From: Marsupella aquatica
Taxonomy: Eukaryota > Plantae > Marchantiophyta
DNA length: 64,000 nucleotides
Assembly: GCA_973895155.1 (NCBI GenBank)
Contig: OZ316892.1
Span: 28,898,932 to 28,962,931 of the forward strand
Reading direction: 5' to 3'
A program made the translations under genes and the position numbers. This document shows, in pieces, positions 1-12,380 of this stretch (positions are counted from its first letter, which is position 1; each line of letters begins with the position of its first letter). The notes beneath the pieces were generated by a model that saw only the letters and a list, made by a program, of their open reading frames with translations, was not told where the DNA came from and did no database searches.

Positions 1-1859
1 GTTGATGGTTGATGTTCGTAACCAACATTCCGTACTTGCAAGCAGACTGGACTTTGGAGTTGGTCATGGTCTGTATTTTTGTTTCTACTATCTTATGATG
101 TTGCCTGTCCTCACTCATCTTACTGATGTTCAGACTGCAGTATACACAAGCTCTCGAGGTCGCCCTTGAAGATTCTCCGACCAAAACTCGAGATGAGAGA
201 TGCAAGGTTTGTAGCCACTGTCTTTGGCTTAATCTTTTAGTCGATGGAAGGATGTATCAATTATCAATATGGTTTGAGTAGGTCTCCTAGCAGAAAATCA
301 TGAATTTCTGGTGTTCACCATCGTTATTGAGGTTGGTGTCTTGTTCGGTTGTCAAATCAGTCAGCAAACTGGACGCTGGTGCACCGTGTGTTGATGGCAA
401 CTAAGGATGTCGATGGACTATTGGCCAATTTGAACTGTGACTATTACGATGTGCTAATGAAGTAAGTACACCTGCGTCCTGCTTTCTATTGGTAATTTTG
501 ATATCTGTGATGGAAACTTAAATTGCTTAAGTGTGAGAGTGAATTGGTCGGCAGAGAGCACTGTACCTTACATATTCGTTCCATAGTGGGATAGAGAGAA
601 CCTCACACGGCACTGGCTTAGAACCCACACACGGAAACGAAGGGAATACGAAGGTACTGCCAGAGTCTTGGACATGAAAGTTCTACATGAATAGAGACGC
701 GAAATCAACCTTTTGAACGAAGGCCACGGATGGGCAGGCACTGGTAAGAGATGTATATTCGGTGACTTGAACCAAAAGGCTTGGTATGGGAGTTTCCGAA
801 AATGGTCACGGACGGATACAATATGGTGATCCCGAGGAATATAAAAGTCGTTGGAATCTCAATCTACGCCATTTTATATAGTCCTGACTAGAGGGTGAAA
901 GATGTTCTTGCTGGAAATTTTTATTTTGTCGCCTTCCGTTGGCATTTAGCCTGCAATTTGAAGAGCAGATATTAGTGGAAATTGGGTAAATTGTTATGAA
1001 ATCTTGACTGTTTGTAATGAATGGGAAAGGCATGTCTTGTTCTAAAGATGGACGTCAAGGTAGATGTCGGTACCAGGTACACGTTTGAACGAAGCGTAAT
1101 AATATTATGTATTGTCGAACTTCTCGTCGGTTTCTAACATTTAATCTTCATCAGCACATTTTCAGGGGTTCCAATGGAGGATGTCCCTGGATGTTTGATA
1201 GAAGTGATGGAGTCACTTCTCAATTTCTTTGCGTGTGGTGCATTTGTATGTCTCGTTGCAAGGAGTGATGAGTAAGTTCAGGTAGAATGTATCCAACAAC
1301 GGGCAGAGAGCGTTAAACAGCCATACGGATTTGAACAGTGGCTTTCGTGGTTCCTCTCTCATTTGTCTAGGAACAAACACATGCCACAGTGAAGCTGATG
1401 GTTATAATACGTGTTGTTGGTTGTCCGCTCTCCGCAGATATCTCTACCGTGGGTTGGCAACTGGGGATCGATCTACGTGTGATCAATGTTTGCGGTTGCA
1501 TGAGAAATTGACCGAGAAAGGAGGGATGGGCTGCATTATGCGTGCCCTTGTGGACACCTGGAATGTCGTCTGAAGCAGATTCATGGGTTACGACATCTCT
1601 TCCTTTATCAATGTAAAAGTATCAAGTACAAAGAGTTTAGGTTATCCTTTTGCGGCCAGTAGGAGAACTCATCACACAGTTGATTACACCCTTCATTTTG
1701 TAGCTGACAAATGCAACAGAAAGTTGCGTGTTTCTTTTTCCAAGAGTTATGAATGAAACAGGATGGAAGCAGGGTGAACCTGGGGCATAATTGTTGGTGT
1801 CTCCTCACGATAACTGCTGTTTTGAAAGGTTTGGTTGGTACTCTTCAGTACCTAGTGGA

Positions 1860-1990
1860 TTCTCAAGTTCAGGTCTTATTTAAAGCTCAGTCTGACCAGC
1901 AGTCTGCAAGTTGATGTTGAACTTGACTCTATTCTCAAGTTCAGTCTTTTGTAAGGCTTAGTGTGATCAGCAGTATGCAAGTTGATGTTG
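1860..1990. repeat. Imperfect ~72-bp tandem duplication
   Basis: ttctcaagttcag...cagcagt[ca]tgcaagttgatgttg occurs at ~1860-1919 and ~1932-1990. Confidence 0.75.
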
Positions 1991-4900
1991 TGCCTGCCAC
2001 GAAGTCCATGCTTCACGCAACACACTCTGCCCACGAAAGCATGGCACGAATCAAAGTGACCCTGGATTGCATGGTAGAGGGTTAATGCGTTCCTCCAAAC
2101 ACAATCTCAAGGATTAATCTCACAAGATTACTGAAAGACACTACCGGGAGTTTACAACGTCAATTTCTCGAGTCTTAACTGTCCTCACGTCGAGTTATAC
2201 ATTCGCTTTCAATCAGAATGAAGCCGGGAATCCTCTGGAGCGAGCAAGCTGTGTTATTCTACAGACAGTTGGTTATTCTTTTGTTTCATTTAATATTCCT
2301 TCGGCTGGGCCAGAGTGTCTGCCAGTCCTGTCCCTTCTTGTAGTTTGCAAGATTGGATGAGCATGAGATGGGCAAAGGTGAGAAAATAGTGGTGACAACC
2401 CTTTTAAACAAATCTAGCGGTTGTTTCGACTAAATCTTCCTTGAACGAAAATCATTGATTTCCATCTTCCTGAGAGGAAGAACCAACTTCTGTTTCTAAT
2501 TGAAGTCGCATATCCAGTGTATTGGCTCGTCTATCGGATCAGAGCACCTCAGTCCACAATTCCAATATAATCATCGTCAAATACTAAGAATGTCTTACCT
2601 TGATTTGAGCTTTTTGTGGTTCGGACTGTGCTTTTATGCTCAAAACGAAGGCTAACAAATAAGTCTTCTATGCGCATGCAAGCAAACATGAAATTCTGCA
2701 AGCAAGTTGTGGCTATGGTTATTTATGCCTTTTGATTTTTGCTGACTTTTGGATTTGTATGTATATCTAGGACTCCACATGGCTAGCAAGATTTGCCAGC
2801 CAGAAGAGTAAAAAATCAGTTGTCATGAGAAAATGACACAAAATGTAAGATATTTAAAACCAGGTTTTGGATAGGAGGAACTAAGTTGGCTAGCAAAGTG
2901 ATGGAATTGAAGGTTTTTTTTCTTTCCCTAGTATGAGAAAAAAGTAGAGTAGTGTGAGGTATGCTAGTCCTTCAGACTCCCTTCCAAGTACTTTGGTCAA
3001 CTACGAAAGAATTGTAGGAATCACCTTCCATCCCAAACAAGTATTTTCATATTATATAGGGAAATTTGTAATTTGGACAATGAAGCCCAGATAGACCTCT
3101 AGGTTTGTCAAAATGCTTCTATGGATTTTTGCAACTCTGATGGACTGAATTTTTACTCCCAATGTCACAGGGAATATCCTTGATTAGTCCATCCTGATTG
3201 TGTGGGAGCATTGTTTCTGTAAACAGTGTTTGTATGAAATAAATGATAGAAATTGTCATAAATCAGGATGGACTAACAGGAGCATTGTTTCTGTAGATCT
3301 GTTTCCAATAACATGATCATATAAATTGATATTCAATTGATATTTTAAGCAAAATTTTAAGCAAATAAAATTGTTTTACCTGACATTTTCCCACAAAATC
3401 CTAAAATGTTTAAAAGCAAATATCTAGGAAAATAGCTAGATATTTAAATTGCTGAAACAACCTAAGTTACAGCTTGTAACTGGCAGGAAGAAACGCTTAA
3501 TGGGTCCATATTTTATGAATCAAGATACTTGTCCTGGGTTTAAGAGTTCCGCCAGAAATCCAAACACATTAAACTAAAATAGCATCCATTGATCCAGACA
3601 ATGAACAAAGTTAAGGTTTGCAAGAAAACATTTATGGTCGGGATGAAGCTGAATTAGTTCATTGCTTGTCCAGCAGTATGCAAGAGTCATTAGGGTTGAG
3701 CTAGGCTTTTGACAAGAGGTTTCTCATGATGAGTCGAAACAAGCTTTAAGCTTTGCATAGGAATGTTTCAAGCTCAAGTTCCCAAGTGGTCTATTTCATT
3801 TACTCATAATTATTTGTTAATTATAGATGACTCTGTTTAATTCTTGCCCACAATTGGCTTGATCATAGCTATATATAAACTTGAATGACTTTAGAGAAAT
3901 TTCTAGTGCATGCACAATTAGGTTTGACCTGAAGTTAAAGGTTGACCATCCACTAACAGAACAATATTTTCTCATTTTGTTGCTATCTTGATAATGCAAT
4001 GATACTGCACATTGCATTGCTATACAAAGTCAGATTGCTATAGTATGAAGATTGTTATCCAAAGCCAAGATATCTGTTGGCTTGGAAGTTTTAGTTTGGG
4101 ATAGTCATCCTCACTTGTAAAACTTCTCAGGGTTTTAGATTTTAGTTCAATGCTTAGCTTGCTTCACAGTAATTGGGGCAATTTTGGTTGACTTTGATCC
4201 CAAATTGTTTTTTAAAGGTCATGTTGAGGTCTGGACTGTAAATAGTCATTTTTCTCTTAGAGATGGTGACACTAATTTCCTGGTGCCTAGCTGGTGGGTA
4301 GTGGCCGCACTCCCAAGGTAGCAAAATTTATAAAAGAACATTTTGGCAACAATTTATTTGGGCAAACCATTTGATTTCAGAGAAGTGATCCAATTGCAAT
4401 TGCAACTACACGAGGAGAAATGAATCAAATAGGGGGCCAAAGCACAAGTAAAGGAGAACACGTGATAGACAAAGAAAACACTATTGAGACCAGTGTTTCT
4501 TAGGGGCAAGCCCCCTTCTATAGTGGCACCTGTGGTTGAATAGCAATGATCACCCTTCATTTCACCCCTTTATTTCAATTACAGAAGTCTATCTTCAGTT
4601 TACCGAAAGGTAGAGATTAGGTTGTTGTGTCCCTAGCTGTTCTTGTGCTAGGCTTCTGCCCGGGTCCTTCAGGCTTGTTGGCATTTTGGTTATCCCCCCC
4701 TTGATTGGGTCTTTTGCCAGAGGGTTCATGTTGCCCCAGATGAACACCTTTTGTTGTGTTTGGCAGTTTGAAATGTATAGTAGGGGAGAAGTCTCTGTGA
4801 CACAATAATGCACATTATGCACTTATTCATGTTGCACTTACCCACTCTTGACTGTACAAACTCACTGAGGCCCCATCGTGACCCCAGCCAGTAATCACAT

Positions 4901-5603
4901 ATGAAAATATAATAATATAAGGTGTACACTCATTGATTAAAAAAATAAATTTAAATTTATGATGGTTTGAAATATGTCCTCCACTATATATGTCATATTT
5001 GGATGTGCAATTACAGAGACCCCATCCCGATCCGGAACTGGGCACAGGGGACCACAATTGTATATCATTGGGCACACTCACACCCCCAACCCACACAAGA
5101 GGGGTCGCAGTCACCCCGTTCGCCGTGCAGTCCACCCGGGCGCCTCATTGGCCGGCTACCGATAAACGGCCGTCGCACCCCGTCGGAGACACCGGACGGT
5201 CGGGCGAGCAGGGCGTGTGGGAAAAAAGGCGCCGTCGAGAAGGGCCGACGGTTGTGGGGGCCCAGGTCGGACGGAAGGGATGAGGAGCTGATGAGGGGAT
5301 TCGGTGGGCGCTTATTGGCAGTGGAGATCACCTATCATCTCGGGCTGCTGCCCAATGGGAGACCTCGGATGTGGGCTTGGAGAATCCCCATTGAATCCTC
5401 ATCACAATTTCGTCGAGCTACTAGCCGAGTGGCCCCTTTCATCGACTCTGCCAAGAGGAACCGGATCGTATGATCTGTACCACAACATTGCATCGTCGTT
5501 GTACCGCATTGTTGCTTTGTCAAATTGATTGAACCGATAGAGAGAAGGAAGGAAGGAAATTTGAGTGAGGAAGTTTGAGCTCTTTCGGGAAAGGAAGGAA
5601 GCA

Positions 5604-6889
5604 ATGGCGTCCACCGTGACAATGCAGGCGGTGTCCAGCTCCTCGGCTGCTATCTGCAAGTCCGGGTTCCTCACCGGCTCGAAGTATTCTTCTCTCGCCA
5701 GGAACGTGAAGGTCGCCGCTGTTGCTCCAGCTGTGTCGAACAAGGGCCTCAAGATCGAGGCTAAGAAGGGCGAGTGGCTCCCCGGCCTGAGCTCCCCTGC
5801 TTACCTGAACGGCAGGTATGTTCTCCGGACTCTGCCTTGCCCTGCCTAGAGGTGTCTGCCCTGCCCTTTGTGCAGACTGTAATCTCCCTTTTGGACGTCT
5901 GCGTTTGTTGGTTAGTTTCTAGATTCTGGTAAAATGGACACTTGGTCTTCTCAAATTGAGGTGGCAGCTCCAATGAGCTGAATTGTTTACCTATTTTAGA
6001 GCAGACAACTTCTCTCTAGTACTTTTGGTCCTAGCAATTGAAGTTCCAAGATATGATATCTCTGCTTATGTAAGGCAGGGATTGTGTTTCAGTGTGTTAT
6101 TGTATTGTTTTGTGGAGCTTCCTGCCTGACCTCGTGATGCAATGTGGTGGTGAATGGCAGCCTTGCCGGGGACAATGGATTCGATCCCCTCGGTCTCGGA
6201 GAGGACCCAGAAGCTCTGAAGTGGTATGTCCAGGCTGAGCTCCAGAACGGACGATGGGCCATGCTTGGAGTCGCAGGTATTTTGATCCCTGAGGTTCTGA
6301 CCAAGGTTGGAATCATCAACGTGCCAGTGTGGTTCGAAGCAGGAAAGGTCGAGTATTTCGCTCCTGCTTCGACCCTCTTCGTGATCGAGTTCATCTTGTT
6401 TCACTACGTGGAAATCAGAAGGTGGCAGGATATCAAGTATCCTGGCAGCGTCAGCCAGGATCCCTTCTTCAAAAGTTACAGCCTTCCCAAGGGTGAGGTC
6501 GGATACCCCGGAGGTATCTTCAACCCCCTGAACTTCCCCGCCAGCGAGGAGCTGAAGGAGAAGGAGATTGCCAACGGTGAGTTCTCTCTTTTCACCCACC
6601 CAAACGATCATCTCAAATCAAGGCAGTTCAGCGGAAGCTTAGATGTATAACTTGAAAAGTATCTCAATATGCAATTTCTGGCGTTGTAGCGTAGTTGTGC
6701 ATTTGAAGAAATCGTGATGTTTACTCATGTTGGCATTATGTTCTCATGTCAGGACGATTGGCCATGCTTGCCTTCCTCGGATTCTTGATCCAGTCGAACT
6801 TGACCGGGAAAGGACCCTTCGAGAACTTGTTGGCGCACATTGCCGACCCGTGGCACACGACCATCATCCAGACCATCACATCACCATAG
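5604..6889 (+). CDS. LHCA4: Photosystem I chlorophyll a/b-binding protein Lhca4, 3 exons (5604-5815, 6161-6576, 6753-6889), 254 aa with transit peptide
   Basis: GT-AG splicing joins [17 protein letters not shown]|[13 protein letters not shown]...[11 protein letters not shown]...[16 protein letters not shown]...KEKEIANG|[10 protein letters not shown]...DPWHTTIIQ in frame (765 nt). The motifs are typical of Lhca4, and the N-terminus is Ser/Ala-rich. Confidence 0.93.
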
Positions 6890-7872
6890 ACATATGCTTA
6901 GCGAATCCTTGGTGTGGGTGCTAGAATTTGCCGACGCATCCTTCGAGCTTTCTGATGTATTTTATCATGTAACTATTGCCTCCAGATTATGTATTTCAAC
7001 GAAAGCGAAAATTGTCCTCCCACAAGCATTATCTCGGGCTTTATGTACAGCACTTGTGTTGCTTCCAGTTCTTGTTATGAATTTGAGACTTATCCAGGGT
7101 CGTGCTTCTCAAAATGGAATACTCACGGTATATCTTGGTTATGTTCACGTCTCTGTGATCGTGGATAAGCTTTGTCTTTCTGGTAAGAGTTGAGTCGTGA
7201 ATTCTTATACATACATTCAAGACGGGCGGGAGTGCTCAGGATGTGGGGTGGTGACTCACCCAGGGAAACTGATACGCGTTGAATTTCCAAATGTTCTTAC
7301 TTAAAAGTGAACACTTGTGAATAATTTCCTAAAATGTGAGTTACATTATTTTGTTGCACAATAAACGATGATGTTTATTGCACACACGAAGCATTTAATT
7401 TCAAACCTGCTAGGATTAATATAGCTCATTACAAGTTGGATGTGACATATAAACGCATAGTCCTCCCACGGGACATTAGTTCTGGATTCGTGGGAATGAA
7501 TTGTCATTAGTGCCTTGTCGCCACGGGTATTGGATTGGGGACTTCTTCGATATGAGATTCAGAAAGTAGACTTCCTACGAGAGGTTCTCCCATGAAAGAC
7601 AAGTTCTGAGACTGAATGTGGGAACCAACTTGAGAACTTTACCACATTCTGCATAATTGAACTGAGACATTCTGAATTATAAAGAGAGGAGGAGAGTTTA
7701 GACAATCGATAAGTACCTTTGCTAAGAACGAGTATCTGATGATCCTGGCATGCAAATCTTTGTCTGGCGACAAAGAATATGTGCAAATACTAGGGATAGG
7801 GTATCAACTGTAGGTGATACGGGTAAGATGTGTGCTAATGAATGTCGCCGTTCTGCAAGGCCTTGCGAGGCA

Positions 7873-9373
7873 TTACTCAGAGTCACTCATCGTAGAATCA
7901 GGTTGCCCTTCATCTGGTCGTGGAAAGGCTGGTTCCACGCCCACCTCCTTGACCAGGTCTCCTATGCTTCTCTCCAAGTCATCAATTCGATTGCCCATTT
8001 CGTCTAGTGTGAATGTTAAGGAGACAGACCGCATGTGAGAATAAAGAAAGTTGGAACGATGTAGAGTCGAAAGGTGAAAGGGTCCATAATCGAATAGTTC
8101 TAAATCAATTCCGTGAACACACAACGTGAGGTTGAAACTCTGTCGTGCAGCACAAGGAGCACAAGAAGCAACTATAGTTAAAAAGCCAGGCGATCCAATT
8201 TAAATCTGCGTATACGCATGCTCTATCGATGCATTGAAAGCCGAACAATCCAACTGAAATTCTGGATTGCAGTTTATCTCAGTTTCCATGACAGGAAAGG
8301 ATATTCTTCGTTATGATTGAGTCAGACATTGTCAGAAATCGAGATTGCTGCACCAAGCCACAATTAGAAAGCGTTGAGAATTTTTAGAGCAAACGTCACT
8401 GACACACCCACACAACCACTGACTCTAGCTTAATCGAAACAATAAAAATATTCCGACTAGCTTAGAGACTTCTATTAGTTCCAAAACGACCCCAAGAGAA
8501 AAGTCTCACCATCTGTTGCAGCAGATTCTGTACCTGCAAGTACAAAGTCAATAAACTGATGAGTGATGCATGCTCCAACAAATAAAGCGTTATATATTTA
8601 AACACAGACAGCTCGCATCTATATTCTCGCAGCAAGTCTAAGCGGGTGTAGTGAGAAGCCTACAAAAGCCGTGAGATCAGCAGTGTTTTGAGTCGTCGCA
8701 GCTGGGTCCTGAAAGTATTCCTGAGAAGGGACCTTGGACTCCTGACCATTCGATGTAAAGAAGGGGTCATTGTAGCGTGCGAGGAAACAGTAGAAATTTT
8801 CCTCGCACGAGCAAAAAGTTTACTCACATGACCCCTAATTTTTCTATATGCAATTGCCTCGCTAAGAGTAAACTGCTTGATAACATCCATTTTGGGGACT
8901 CCTCTTTATGCTAGCAATCTCGCTAGTCATCTGGAGTCATAAAAAACACACACAAAATAGAAAAGGCAGCAAAAAGCAAAATAAATTTAAAACCACAACT
9001 GTCTCGCTAACAATACTCCCCTAGCTAACAAAACTCCTATTTGCTAGCATTATAGAATACCTCGTAAAGAAGTGATGAGGAAGTCGAATTTGGCATCAAT
9101 TGCTGAAAGTACCAGAGAAACTTCGAACCATGAGGCAGGTGGGTGGCAAAATTATTGTAAGAAAACAACTGAACCGCAGTACTGAAGAACGCCTGACCTG
9201 ACACCAACTAGAAGCTGAATAGACTGTCAAACTTCGAACCGGGTAGCATCTTCAATAAACCCTCATTCTAATCAACCCGATGCTCAACGAAGGCAGACCA
9301 CAGTGGGAGAACTTTTGGCACAAGAACAATGAACAAGTCCAGGAATCACCACGTCAACCTCTTCACCTACCAT
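7873..9373 (-). CDS. HSBP: Heat shock factor binding protein (HSBP1 family), ~93 aa; exons 9371-9373 (ATG only, tentative), 8664-8741, 8510-8533, 8305-8347, 7873-8006
   Basis: Spliced product ...TADLTAF|VQNLLQQM|QSRFLTMSDSIITK|IDEMGNRIDDLERSIGDL... matches the plant HSBP coiled-coil signature. The start exon is inferred from ATG|GTAGGT at 9373 and is less certain. Confidence 0.88.
8007..8304 (-). other. U12-type (minor spliceosome) AT-AC intron in HSBP
   Basis: Minus strand: 5' site ATATCCTTT at 8304, branch point TCCTTAAC at 8022-8015, 3' end ...CAC| at 8007. Removing it restores K-I-D-E-M in frame. Confidence 0.92.
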
Positions 9374-10639
9374 CTATATTCAGTATGTTGAGCAGGCTTG
9401 AGCAGCTTCCTCACAAAAATTAAAGATCCCTCTAGGAAAACTTCGAGCTCTTTTCGGTGATCCAGGTAAACCCTTTCCTCAAGAATAACTGAAAGATTTC
9501 ACGCAACGTAAGAGAAAGAAGCATTAAAACAGAGAGCCCATGTTAGCACAACAAATACTGTCAATAATGGTTTTCAAACCAACGAAAGTTCAGACACGTC
9601 AACAACTGAGAAAGCGGTATTTAAAGAGCTGCGTCATTTTGACGTTCTGTTCATGGGAATCGATAATTCCACGCAGAAGTTATTTGCCATAAAATGTGAT
9701 GGGTTTCTTTATCGTGTTCGTTTCTCCCTGCACATGTGGTTACTGGGATCCCAAAAACATCCAGTGGAGTCTCGGGATGAAAGTTTCCGCTCTCTGGGAA
9801 ACGCCTTTCTAGACACAATACGAACTCATTTTCTAACAAGCTGAGTTTCGAGCCCGATTCAAAAGATCTGATTCTACTAACAAGTTACTCTGTGCTTGAG
9901 AGCAAGCACCGTGTTTACCATTAAACTGAGATCCCAAGTTGAGATGTCTCGAAGACCAAGAACAGCAGAGGCAAGTCTGAATTCCAGATTGGCAGCTCAT
10001 TTGCGATTGGATAACAGGTGGAAGTTTGAAGTCTGACGAACCTGGAGCAGCCGAACTGATCAGGGGATCTCAGAAATCAAAGCTGCATCGGAATTCTCCT
10101 TCCACGACGACTCTTTAAAGTGATGTGAACCCAAGAATATCTCAATCTTTACACAGAGAAAAGCTGAGAAAGGAACTCTACACCGAGAACAGCTGAGAAA
10201 GTTTCTACTAAATGAGTATCCACATACAGTCGAGATAAACACCGGAAATAAAGCTATCCTTCTTGTCACCAACCAGAGCAGGGCAGAGGCAGGCAGGCAG
10301 TCTACGACTGAAATCGTGAACGTCTCTCCAAGAAGCGCATCCGCAAAGAAGCATCCCAGGTTGTTAGCTTCGGTCTCTTGAATTGCCATTTTCGCAATAC
10401 ATATCGCGATTTCTTATTATTGTAATCACTTCCTTTTAATTATTTTAATGTCTTGTAATTTTGTAAACTGATTAAATTTGCTGTCAAAGTCTTTGTGTAT
10501 GAAGAGAAGAAAACCATGCCCCTTAACTAAGGTCGCACAAGTGTCCCCATAGCTCTGGTGGGGGAAAACTCTCAAAACTTTAGCGGTGGCTTTAGAAGTC
10601 TCCTGTGCTACTTGCAAGTTTTTTCCACTAAGCCAGATT

Positions 10640-11100
10640 GGAGTGCCACTTCTTGTTCTTAGATTACCACTGGCCATATAAAAGGTAAAGTGTCTGAGAC
10701 TTCTCCCTTTTTCACATTCTTCTCCTCTAGGTGAGAATGTTACTCCATAATTTCAGGAGAAAGATACTAAGAATGGTGAAACCTATATAGTGGATCTAGA
10801 TTTGTCATTACCAGTGCCGTTTTCAATACATGCAAATCCTTTGAATGAAGAAACCAAAGTTTTGAAGTGTTTGCACCACTTGTCGAGGTGGTTAAATTTT
10901 CTAGAGGAAACAAGCAGTCCACTTGAGCAATTGGTTGACTGTGCCCATTGCATGCCATGGAGGATTGGTAGAAATCATACCTGAACGGGCGCCCTATCTA
11001 TTGTAAAGCCAACTGCAGCCATTTCCACATATTATATGATCCCCAATTTAAGCTCAGAGGGACATAAAAGAAGGAATGGGCCATGACTTCTTGTAAACCC
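10640..11100 (+). repeat. Copy 1 of a dispersed non-coding repeat family (probable decayed non-autonomous TE)
   Basis: Aligns by eye to the reverse complement of ~42130-42430 (tagaaatcatacctg..taaagccaactgcag..aatttaa.ctcaga.g..ataaaag..aatggg.ccatg) and partly to ~48385-48980. Confidence 0.7.
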
Positions 11101-11460
11101 ATTCTAAGCTTTCAGAGTACTCTATAGGAAATTGATGCTAAAATGGACCATCACATATTATGCAAGGACTACGATGGCTGTTTGACACCATACGATGGCT
11201 GTTTGACACCCAAAAATATGGTATTAAAGAAAAGCATTATTTAAATAAACATTATATCGATCTGTTAAGAGGATGGACTTCTTGTAAACCCACCCTAAGC
11301 TTTCAAAGTACTCTATAGAAAATTGATGCTAAGATGAACCATCACATATGATGCAAGGACTATATTATGCAAGGACTACCATGGATGCTTGGCACCCAAA
11401 AACATGGTATTAAAGAAAAGCATTATTTAAATAAACATAATATTGATGTGTCAAGAGGAT
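11086..11460. repeat. ~190-bp tandem duplication (2 copies)
   Basis: gacttcttgtaaaccc..ctaagctttca.agtactctatag.aaattgatgcta...ggtattaaagaaaagcattatttaaataaacat...aagaggat occurs at ~11086 and ~11276. Confidence 0.88.
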
Positions 11461-12055
11461 CTATGTGAGTTTAGTTGCCTGAGGGATTTTATCTCCCGGT
11501 TGGATGCTCTTTGTTTTTTGGCAGTTCAAAAAACATATAAACATCTCATCATTGAACCTTCTGATTCAGTGGAGCTTTGGTTTCTCTATCTGGACAATTT
11601 TTTCTCTATCCGGATAATCCCCCCTTATTTAGCTTCAATGCATCAGAAGGTCTCCATGAGTAGAAAAGCCGGGGAGCAGCGAAACTAGTGGGATCACTAG
11701 TAAAATATTGAACTTCACATTTAAGAGAATATGCAAAACTAATCTTATTTTTAGACTGATGCAAGCTCAATAATTACGTGCTTTAGTCTCGGATAACTTA
11801 ACAGCTGATCCCAGAGTTCATTGGAAAAATGCATAAATCCAGATCAAACCATCCTTCCATATTTACCTCATTGAGAATGATTAGTAACTAATTTAGTGAA
11901 TGGGATTGTCTTTACAAGTGGTAAAATAAGGTGAAGATCAAGCTAAAAATAAAGAAAAACTGAATAAGCTCAGATAAGGATCCCAAATTGACAGACCTAC
12001 CGAGTCACTTATACTCTTCGTTCTTCCAAAAGTTTCAGATTAGCAAGTTTGGACT

Positions 12056-12380
12056 TTCAATTTATCCCTTGATATTCAGCAGAATTGGCTGTTATTGAAT
12101 TGGTTTGAAGGAACTTGGAAAGATATTTCCAATGAGTCTAACATCGCCAACTTTCATTGAGAATTGAGACAACTATGAAATTTCAAAGACTACCACATTA
12201 CTCACTGTACCCTTTCCCTGCCTCCAATTTTCTTTTATCAAAAACTTTAGGCTTTCAATTTCTACCTTGATATGTAGCAAAATTGGCTGTTCTTGGGTGG
12301 TTAGTGAGCTGGTTGGAATGTCTTTCCAATTAGTCTGATATCTTCAACTTTCATCGAGAATTCTGAGAACCACAAATTAT
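12056..12380. repeat. ~198-bp diverged tandem duplication; related copy at ~53695-53770
   Basis: ttcaattt...ccttgatat..agca.aattggctgtt...ttggaa...tttccaat.agtct..aactttcat.gagaatt is repeated, and the ttggaaagagatttccaa...gaatt motif recurs near 53.7 kb. Confidence 0.65.

Noticed and set aside
1-1850. Possible decayed retroelement or gene at the window start
   Set aside because: Only short broken frames; no motif could be identified with confidence.
3059-4257. Mutator-like TIR ends
   Set aside because: The ends match poorly and no 9-bp TSD was found.
4967-5473. 168-aa ORF and overlapping ORFs upstream of Lhca4
   Set aside because: GC-rich promoter/5' region that is open in several frames, with no recognisable domain.
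6066-6611. 181-aa antisense ORF
   Set aside because: Shadow of Lhca4 exon 2, produced by codon bias.
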